Shown here: positions 13,897-23,583 of the stretch, one piece after another
Layout: each line of letters starts with the position of its first letter
Position numbering within the stretch: position 1 is the stretch's first letter
NCBI GenBank assembly: GCA_043228905.1
Contig: JBHGNT010000011.1
Coordinates: 12,648,001 to 12,712,000, forward strand
Direction: 5' to 3'
DNA: 64,000 nucleotides
DNA from: Azolla caroliniana
Taxonomy: Eukaryota > Plantae > Polypodiophyta
Position numbers and translations under genes: made by a program
The notes under the pieces: model-generated
What the model was told of the DNA's origin: nothing
Seen by the model: only the letters and a program-made list of their open reading frames with translations
Database searches by the model: none

Positions 13897-14324
13897 TGTT
13901 GTCCGCCGGAATAGTAACTGACGGCCAAAAGCGTAGGAATAAGAAACTATATAAGAGCATAACGCATGTAACGGTTCACGCAGGAAACGTGAACGGCTAA
14001 TTAGACCCTGCATATATAAAGGGCAGGAAACCTCTTATGGAGGTGCGTGTAATTTTTGGAAATGTAAAGAACGCCTGATAATAGAATTCTATCTTCTCTG
14101 AATTTTTGTGTATAGCTGCAGCTAATTCAGTGTCGGTGTCTCGGATACTTAAGCATAGTAGTACGTAAGTGTAACCTGTGATAGGGATTCGGTTGTAGTC
14201 GTCTTCCCTTTTACGGCGAAGGAATTACAGAGGTTCTCCCCTTACACATTACGCTTAAACCGTGTTCTCACCTTGGGGTCTAGGTCGAAGGACTAACCAC
14301 GGACCGTGTTCCTAAACGGCAACA
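13897..14324 (+). repeat. E1 5' LTR
   Basis: TGTTGTCCGCC...GGCAACA with internal TATATAAAG. Direct repeat of 39530-39969. Confidence 0.95.
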
Positions 14325-14328
14325 CTTT

Positions 14329-14366
14329 TGGCACGCTTGGTGATCTGTGTTTCCTCATAGACGAGC
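14329..14366 (+). promoter_or_regulatory. E1 primer-binding site (tRNA-Arg(UCU)-like) with downstream hairpin
   Basis: TGGCACGCTTGGTG lies 4 nt after the LTR, then TCTGTG/CATAGA stem and CGAGC. tRNA identity is from recalled plant tRNA-Arg 3' ends. Confidence 0.75.
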
Positions 14367-14378
14367 AACAATGAATGG

Positions 14379-17300
14379 ATGTTTAGCCGCAGACGGCCCA
14401 GAGAACCAACAAGACAAGACCGGCCAATAACAAGGTCCGTCACACGCTAGGCAGAAGAACGTGCCCGACAAAAGTCGCGCATCAGCGACCTCAGTACTAT
14501 CTGCCGGGAGTACAAAGGGGATTTTTTGCTCCCCAAATACCTCGACGAGACGCGGGGACCACGCTCACCGCAGCCACCCTGTGACCGTTTCCGATCCTCC
14601 GTAGCTCCCACTATGGCCTTTGCCTACCCCCGCTTTAACGACGAAACCGACGCCACAACTCATATTCGCATGTTCTTGAATGTTTGGAATGCGAACCACA
14701 TGGCGCAAAATCTCTCCGAGACGGTGGCACACCAGTCGAAAATGACGGAGTTCGGATTAACATTAGATGGGTGTGCGGCGTTTTGGCATTCACAGATGGA
14801 CTTACCAGCCATAACAACCTTCGATCAGCTGCAGTCCGCTTTCTTGCGATTCTTCCATCGGAGGGTTCCACAACGCGAGATTCTCGGGCAGTTTTATACA
14901 ATTAAGCAACTACCGACCGAGACAATAGCATACTTCAGCTTACGTTTCCAAAATTTATGACGGAAACTGGAACGAAGCCCCGCGGAGGAGGAGGGTCGGG
15001 AGACATTTCTGGCAGCGTTACGTCGGCCCATCCGGGCAACGCTCAACAACAATAGCGTGAAAGGGGAAACAACGGATATGGTGATTGAACGAGCGTTACA
15101 GCTCGAATTGGATGACGAGGAGGAGAGGTTTTCGATGTCATCCTTACGACAAGCGTTACCTCAGGATGAGGAACGCCAATTTCGTCAAGCAATCCAGTGC
15201 ACGATTTGCTTGAACTCGGGGCATTCCACGGTGGAGTGCAATATGCAAATCCACTGCCCTATCTGCCACTCGAAGGTTCACACAGTCGACCAATGCGAGT
15301 ACAATATGTTAAACAGAACCACTCCCGCGGTCCGCAGCATGGACACACAACGTCAACTACACCGGGCGGAACAAAGGCGGCAAGAAGACCGACCCTGGTA
15401 TAAGGATCGCAACCCGCGGGAGGACCGGTACAACCGGAATCGTCGGAATCACAACGAGTCTGAGGAGGACGAGGAGTATCGTGGACATCCGAGTTACGCC
15501 AAAGGGGGACGACGATACGAACATCAACGCCCGACAAACAAACGGGGCGGCTTCAATGGCTATCGGGGTAAGCCTCGGCAATATAGGGATCACCGGCGTT
15601 ACGACGAAAGCTCGGGGGATGAGCGGCACCAGGAACAACGACAGGACCAACAGTAGCCACCGCGTACGTTCCGACAAACGAGGCCGGACTGCGAAGAGCG
15701 AGTCGCACCCGGAGAGCGGCACACACCACCCGGGGTTGAGAAGGGAGAATCAAGCATCCATTGTTTTATTTGTCAGCAACCCGGACACTATGCCACGCAA
15801 TGCCCAGCACGCAAGGGAAAGGGGCCCGCCGTCAATACGATTACGGCGGAGGTGCAACAAGTCACAACACGCCAACAAATAAAAATGGCGGATTGGGCTG
15901 CGCAGGACGAGGTACGACGACAAGCCCAAGCTTGGGTGGAAAAAGCAAACACGACCAATACAGAACGTATGCGACAGGAGTCCGCGAACACAATGGAGCG
16001 AACACAGAATGAAAGACCGGGGCCGGACCCCATTTGGCAGGTGTTAGCAGGCTGTGAAATCACGTTAACTATGGAAAAACTACTACAGCTAGTTCCACGT
16101 TTCCGCCAGACCATGGAAGCACAGGTGGCGGGCATACCCGGGGCGAGCGTTGCCACAAACCTGACAGACGTCAACGATGAACCACCGGTGGTGGATCCTC
16201 ACAACCCGGCTATTACAGTAATATTGCACGGAAAGGAAGTTCCTGGATGCATAATCGATGGCGGCTCAGGCATCAATGTGATTAGCGCGAAAACTTGCGA
16301 ACAGTTAGGCATTTCTGAATGGGAGGCGTGTCCATTCTGGCTCCCCATGGTAGATACCCGCTCAGTGCGACCATTGGGGTTAATTCGCAAAATAGGCATC
16401 ATCGTGGGCGGACACCGCTTCGACATATCGGCGGTCGTCCTCGCTTTGGACGCCCCAGGAGCGTACCCAGTGCTTCTAGGCAGACCATGGCTTCGGACAA
16501 CAAATATCAAGCAGAGCTGGCAACACGAGTGTATCAGTTTCCGGCATGGACGCACCAATGTTCGCGTACCTACGAAAGGCAACACGCCACAACCTAAGGG
16601 TATAACACCGTTATACGCGGAAGACATAAATATGTTGGTTGGGGTGGAGGATGCCGAATTGGAAGCGTACCTTGACGAACATCCTCGGATTATTCCGCTG
16701 TTCGAAATAGATGTCATCGCAATTGCGGCAGAATATACTACGGCCACTGTTCCGCACGAAGAGCCGTACGAACCAAACCCAAAGTCCATATTGGAACTCA
16801 GCAGAGCACGGGCGGCATTCGAAAGGGAAATGGAGATTTCACGACGAGTCACCGCTTCCGCTCTCGACGAAGTGAATGTGGGTACGGAATCAGAGCCCCG
16901 GTTCCTCTCCATCGCAAAGGAATTAAGGCCGAACCAGAGAATCACAATGATTGCACTACTCACGGAATATAAAGATGTGTTCGCTTGGGCTCACGAGGAC
17001 ATGAAGGGGTTAGATCCCAAGTTCTATTAGCATAAGATCAATTTAGCAACTGACGCGAAACCTGTCCAGCAGCGCCGCTACCGCATGAACCCCAATTACG
17101 CGACCCGCATGAAAGAAGAAATTGACAAGCTGCTGAGGGCGGGGTTCATACGGCCAGTTAAACAAGCAACATGGCTAAGCCCGATAGTGGTTGTCCCAAA
17201 GAAAAACGGCAAAATACGAGTATGCGTAGATTACCGAAAATTAAACGTCGTAACCATTACGGACGCATTTCCCTTACCCTTCACCGATAGCGTGCTAGAC

Positions 17301-18656
17301 GCCGTCGCAGGCCATGAGATGTACAGTTTCTTAGATGGCTTCAGTGGATATAACCAAGTACGCATGCACCCCGAGGACCAGGAGAAGACGACGTTTGTCA
17401 CGGACTGGGGAGTATATGTGGCGGTCATCATGATGTTCGGGCTAAAGACAGCGCCGGCAACATTTCAAAGAACGATTACAAAGATCTTTGGGGAATACAT
17501 TCCGGCGTTCATGCAAGTCTTTCTAGACGATTTTGCGGTATATGGGCAAACAAAAGACCATTTTTCGCACTTATGTCTGTGCCTGTAACGTTGCCGCACT
17601 GCACGCTTAAGCCTGAATCCTGCGAAATGTGCCTTCGGCGTGACCAACGGGACTCTCCTAGGCCACATTGTCAGCAAAGAAGGAATAACGGTCGACCCAA
17701 ACAAGATCTCCGCTATTACGCAAGCTAAAATTCCGACAAATGCCAAATCACTTAGCCGATTTTTGGGACAAATACGGTGGCATAGTCGGATGATACGGTA
17801 TTTGGCGGACTTCGCCACGCCACTACACGCTGCCGTACATCGGACTCCTTTCCAATGGACTGCAACAAAGGATAAGGCCTATCAGGCACTTAAGATAATG
17901 CTCACATAGGCCCTCATCGTACAACCTCTAGTTTGGGCGAAGTCATTCCACGTGTTCGTCGACGCCTCGGACATAGAAATAGGAAGCGCGCTAATGCAAC
18001 TCACCAAACCAAACTGGTACAGGCCAGTATACTACGCAAGTCGTAAATTGTCAGCAGCAGACCGTAACTATTCCACAACAGAGCGGGAGGCGCTAGGGAT
18101 TATCTATAGCATCAATAAATTCCAACACTATTTATTAGGACGGAAATTCACGTTCCACGTGGATCATTCGGCATTATTGTATTTGGTAGAGAAACAAGCC
18201 CTGATAGGAAAATTGTCGCAGTGGATGCTGCTGCTCCAAGAATTCGAGTTCGTAATTCAGCACCGACCAGGGACGCAACACGCAGTGGAGGATTTTTTGA
18301 GCAAACTTGAGAATGGAGAAACAGTACAAAAAGATGACGACGATTTTCCGGACGCCGACATCTGGCGAGTAGCGACACTTGCAGAAAAAACGGAATCCAC
18401 CTTTCGGGACCGATGGCTTATGGAAATGACGTACTTCTTAACTACAGGACTGCCTCCACCACAATTACGCACAGACGAGAAGAAACGACTAGCCGTCTGA
18501 AGCCGTCACTTCTGCCTCGTCGAAGGAAATTTATATCACAAAGGAAGTGATGGCATTTGGTGACGTGGAGTCCGTCAGGATGAGAAGGAAGCAGTTTTAT
18601 GGGAGGCACACTGCGGCACGGCCTGCGGCCATTACGCAGGCAACGTGACAGCCCGT
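14379..18656 (+). pseudogene. E1 gag-pol, 5' portion (Gag, zinc knuckles, PR, RT, RNase H, IN zinc finger), several in-frame stops
   Basis: IIDGGSGIN (PR), WLSPIVVVPKKNGKIRVCVDYRKLN, FLDGFSGYNQ, VFLDDF (RT), FVDASD..TEREAL..VDHSAL (RH). Collinear with E3 Gag-Pol. Confidence 0.93.
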
Positions 18657-19303
18657 TGTCGCGTTGCTACGCGTGTGCGTGGAGAAACGAGGCGGGACCA
18701 CTGGGGTCTTGAACCGAAGAGCAGGTGATAGGAGGGGAAAGAGAAAGAGAGAGACGACCGGTAACGTATGAGCAAAGAAACACAGGGACACGGCCCGTCA
18801 ACGCAGAAAACACAAATGGACACAGAGACAGAGAGACACGAATGGTTGTATATTAACAAATGACACAAAACAACAGAGCACGCGAGCGGTTACAACCGAC
18901 TAGGCCGGCGAACAGATGCCGATGCCTGTTCGTCTGCGCACGAAAGGGGATAGGATGGAGGTGTTGCCGGAAGCACACAGGCGTTCCTGGAAGCAGTGCG
19001 AGCCTCCCGAAAACCTGCAGAGAAGAGCGATAGAGAACAAACAGAGGAGAAGCGTTCGGTTACGGTCCGACAGCACTTCGTCCTCCTCAACGCGCGATCC
19101 CTTCTCCTTGCGTTTCCCTCTCCTTTATAGCGTCAAGAAGGGAGCCGTCTCCCTCATTTAGTTCCTACCTACCGAATCTAACTACCCAGGATATACCTAT
19201 GTACCTAATTCCCTATTATATACATTAAGGGTGCGCACTCGTGAAGAGCCGGTTCACGCGCGCTATGCACCGATTGCGCTAAGGGACGGTTTTCTTCACG
19301 ACA
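18657..19303 (-). repeat. E2 3' LTR
   Basis: Direct repeat of 34929-35571, preceded on the minus strand by the PPT-like GGTTAGGTGGGGGCGGA (19304-19320). Confidence 0.95.
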
Positions 19304-22300
19304 TCCGCCCCCACCTAACCACGCATCCACCGGTATGCGCCAAAATTGGGTTCTGGTTGGAGAAAACTGGTCCGGGTTCCGGTTCTTCGTCCATCGGTTC
19401 GTCCTCCGCTTCGGACTGTTCGTCGTCGCTGTCCAGGCCTCTTAGATCTGGTTCGCCGTCGTGGCGCTTCTTGAACGCTTTGATCCGCTTCCCTGCTACC
19501 GGTATCGCCATCCTCGTGCCGTCGAGTTCCGCCAGGTGATACGTCCCATTGTCTTTGGCGCTCGTTACCACGTAAGGCCCGAACCACCGCTTCGCAAACT
19601 TCCGTGTTGCTCGGTGCTGGTTGTCGAGGCTGCTATCGTAGACTAGCACCCAGTCGCCTTCCTCGATTTTCTTTGGTCGGAGCCGGTGCATTCGGTCGAA
19701 CCGGGCTTTGTTCTTCATCCTCGCCGTCCGAAGTCTCTCCGCCGCTCGTTCCACGTCCTCTGGCCTCCGCTCGAGCTGTCGTATACGCGCCGCTAGCAGT
19801 TCTTCCCGACCCATCTCGTCTCTCCAATCTACTGTTGCCCAAGAGGAGATCGTTCGTTCCATCGGCATGATCGGCTTCTGTTCGAACATGAGCTCTGACG
19901 GCATGAACCCGGTTACCGAACTGTGCGTTGTCCGGTCCGCCCACAAGGCATAGGGTAACAGTCGTGGCCAGTTCCTGACTTGGCCTTCACACGCCCGGCC
20001 TAGCGCTTTGACGATCGGTCCGTGTCCGCGCTCCACCTTCCCGTTCGCCTCCGGATTGTACACTGTGGTGAGCGTGATCTTGACCCCTAACCGGTCGAAC
20101 AGCTCCTCGGCCTCTTCGGCGTCCAACTCCCCGCGGTCATCCACGATCTTCCCGACGCACCCGTACCAGCATATCATGTCCTCGATCAGGAACCGACACA
20201 CGGCCGCGGTTGTTTTGTTCTGCAGGGCTCGGCCTTCCACCTGGTTCGTCAGGTCCTCCCGGGCCAGCACTAGATATCGCATCTGCCCTACGCCCATCGG
20301 CATCGTCACCAAATCTACCATCCATTTGAAATGGATGGTCGGAGGGTAAGTAGGGTGAAGCTCGTCCCGATGTCGGACTATGGAGTGCATCTGACAGCTC
20401 TCACAAGTTGTCACGAACCGATGCACGTCCTGGTACAACCCCGGCCACTAGTACTTCCCCTTTAGTTTCTCGAACGTGGCCCATGTCCCACGGTGTCCAG
20501 CCCAGGGGCTGTCGTGGTAGGCCTTCAGCAACTCCTCCTGTTCCTCCTTCATCGCCACTACTCGGAGCGGGATGTCGTTTCTCTTCTTCGGGTGCTTCCA
20601 CAAGTAGCCGTCCCGGAGAAAGAATTGGTACGCTTTCTTCCGGATCCGGTTGGCCTCGTCCCTTGTCCATGACGCGCCCGGCGTCATCGTCCTTAAGAAT
20701 CCTCCAATCTGCAGCCACTCCCCATCGTACTTGCTCTCATTAAAATCATTAAGCGCCGGAGTGCTCCCCCCCTCGGTTGTTATGTAAGCCGCCTTGAAGA
20801 AGTCCACGCCGACTTCCTCGTCCTCCGAAACCATGCCGCCCTCGTCATCGAATCGCGCCCTCGAAAGCATGTCAGCCATGGCATTGTCTTTCCCGGAAAT
20901 GTGTCGTATTTCCGGATCCAGGGACTTGATGTATGCTATCCACCTGAGCATTGCCAGGTCCAAGGTTGCGCATCCGGAAACCATGCCGAGAATTGGTAGG
21001 CAGTCCGTCTCGATAATCACCTCTGTCCCGATCGGATAGTCTTTATCGGCCTTTACCACCGAAACGATGCCCCAGAGTTCGCGTTTAACCTGGGCGTATC
21101 CTCGCTGTCACTCGCTGAGGACCTTCGTGTCGAACCAGATTGGGAACCAAATACCGTCCTCATCTTCTTGGTTGACGACCCATCCGATCCCTGTCGGACT
21201 TGTATCTACCGTTATGTAGATGGGGGTGCCTTTCTCATAGACAGCCTTCCGGAGCGCCGGAGCTGCAGCAAGAGCCTCCTTCATCTTTCAGACCGACTCC
21301 GTATGCTCGACTCGCCACTCGAATTTTCGCCCCTTTTTCAGCAACCCGTATAGCGGCTCGGCAACATGGGCGTAATGCGGGATCCATATGTGGTAGAACG
21401 CGCATGCTCCCAAGAACCTCCGTACCTCCGTGACCGAGTTACAGTCGGGCTTCATTGCGGAGATGGCTTCCACCTTAGCCGGAGACGGTTTCCGGCCATA
21501 CAGTCCGCATAGATGTCCAACGACCATGATCTCTGATTGCCCGAAGGCCGATTTCTCCCCAGAGAAGGTGAGCCTCGCATCCTCTAGCCTCTGCAGCACC
21601 CTCTCGCAGTCGTCAATGTGTGTCGCCACGAATCTCCGGCATCTGTCCGGTCCGATCGTTTCATCCTTTTCCTCCACCGGACATCCCTTGATCGGGATGT
21701 CGTCCAAGAATGGCATGGTGATGTCCGGGATACAATCCCTCAGCACGTTGTTCATCGCATTCACCATGTGGGCCACCGAGTTCGTCCCTCCTTGTGGCAG
21801 GGTACACATCCGCACTAGGCCGAGAGGAGTCCGCATCGTCGTTATGTCTCTGCTCTCTACGGCTAGTTGGAACTGATCGTACCCCGAGTACAGATCACCG
21901 ACCGAGTAGATCGACCTTCCGGCAAAGGCCTCCGCGAACTCGTCTATCGTTGGTCCGATTCCTGCGTTCCGAATGGTCACTCTGTTGACCGGTTGCAGGT
22001 CTTGAATGAAGCGCAACATCCCGTTCTTCTTCGGCACAGTAAACCACCGATTCGAGTACGGGGCACTCGACGGTTCGAGGATGCCCATATCGATTTTCTG
22101 CCTCAACAGCTCCATCAGCTCCGGGATGTGAGCTCTTGGTACCGGAATTGGTTTGCGATTCCACGGCACATGCGGTACCGTGAATATCACCATCGGCTTC
22201 ACGACTGTCGGGTCTACGCACCCGATCTCTCCCGGCGAGAATGTGAAGGCTTTCCCGTGCTTTCCGAGTATTCTCCGAAACTGGTCTTCTTCCGCCGGCA

Positions 22301-22883
22301 GTAGGAACCCGCCCCCACCGATTTTGAGCTCCCGTACCGTTTTGTCGGTGAAGGCGTGCCCTATGCAGGCCGGATCTCGTAAACTGGGGTCCGACGCGAC
22401 CCCCTTGATTCGCAACTCGCTGCCCTCCGGTAAGGGTGCCGCAACTAACCTTACCTTCCGGTCCACAGTCTTGTACTTCGTGTTAACCCGGGCCGTCCGA
22501 TTCGACTCGAGCCCTCGACTGAAGTCCGCGATGACTTCGTACATCCCTTCTGAACAAACCGGTATCATCCGGTCCTCTTTAAGGCCCTCTCCGACCACCT
22601 CTCGCAGTATTCCCAAGGTATCGTCGAAGGAGACCGCCTCCACGGCTCCGTTGATTTCTTCGCTGGGCCCGAGAAATCCGCACGCCCGAAGTTGCTCTTC
22701 CGCCCTTGTCTTTTCTCGGCCAACGACGTCGACTATCGTACACCCTCCGTTGTCGGAGAAACAAAACTTCCTACTTATGGTACAAGGTTTCTTTAGTTTC
22801 GCCTCTATCGTACATTTGTGGGGTTTTCCCGGAGTGTCCGGACTGTCGCGGCCCCACGCCTTGACAACCCTCTCTAAAAATCC
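19296..22883 (-). pseudogene. E2 pol (RT, RNase H, integrase), entered by a predicted -1 frameshift, with a few lesions
   Basis: YSNRWFTVPKKNG..IQDLQPVN, GDLYSGYDQ, LPQGGTNS, PFLDDIPIKG (RT). IETDCLPI, NAMADMLSR (RH). YHDSPWAGHRG..CESC, VDLV, YNPEANGKVERGH, WFGPY (IN). Confidence 0.92.
22818..22883 (-). promoter_or_regulatory. predicted programmed -1 ribosomal frameshift signal (G_GAU_UUU UAG plus H-type pseudoknot)
   Basis: ORF1 ends GAG GAT TTT TAG. The -1 frame is open without stops from 22907 into the RT ORF. After a 6-nt spacer come stem GGGTTGTC/GACAGTCC and loop GTGGGG, which can pair with downstream CCCCAC. Confidence 0.75.
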
Positions 22884-23112
22884 TCTCGGTTCTCGCCACC
22901 GAGGGACTCACGGTTTCGCTCGTGGTTCAGTCGCACCGTCAGGAATTGGACCGAATGACGCCCGTCCTGACTCTTGACCCTCGCGTAAGCCGACCCGTTG
23001 TCTAGCACCTTGGTCTCCATCCGCGCTGCCGTAATGTACAGTTCTCCCAGTATGACCGGGTGTGAGGACGTCTCCTGCACAAAGAAGTGCTAATCTATTT
23101 CGACGTCGTTGA

Positions 23113-23531
23113 TGTTATTCTCTGACCGGACAAGGCCTAACACAAGGTGTCACGGAGACACTTCACCAAAGGGTGATTACGGCATAGGATTATGACTCAA
23201 CGATTACACCGACTTACGTAGGTTACACGATTAGATCGCTTTCGTTAATTACACGCGTAAGATATAACAGTAAGTACAGAACGGAAATCAACACAGAAGT
23301 ATAAACACCATATGCTCTATTAATTATCCGCTGCGATTACAATGGGGTCCGGGCCTTTAAATAGGTTTCCGGCCCGTAGTACAAAACGGTGCCTATCGCA
23401 CCTATTCGGGATCCGTCCGGATCTGGAACGGCATACCGTTTCCAGTCCGTCCGTCCATACTAGGCTTATTTACAACCATACTTAATTAATTCCTTCACTC
23501 CGTATTTTGGACTCCTTGCCGGCCGGTAACA
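23113..23531 (-). repeat. E3 3' LTR
   Basis: TG...CA direct repeat of 32571-32989. Confidence 0.97.
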
Positions 23532-23533
23532 CA

Positions 23534-23571
23534 TGGCACGCCCGTGGGACAGTACCTTGTACGTCGAACCC
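23534..23571 (-). other. E3 tRNA-3'-end-like motif at the PPT position (antisense PBS)
   Basis: Element strand reads GGGTTCGACGTACAAGGTACTGTCCCACGGGCGTGCCA-TG-LTR. No purine run is present. Confidence 0.85.
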
Positions 23572-23583
23572 TTGTCGGCCCCT

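Noticed and set aside
23532-23571. Antisense PBS explained as the leftover 5' end of a separate, oppositely oriented element
   Set aside because: The adjacent LTR is the direct-repeat partner of the element's own 5' LTR, TSDs are intact, and the same motif occurs at the same position in E1.
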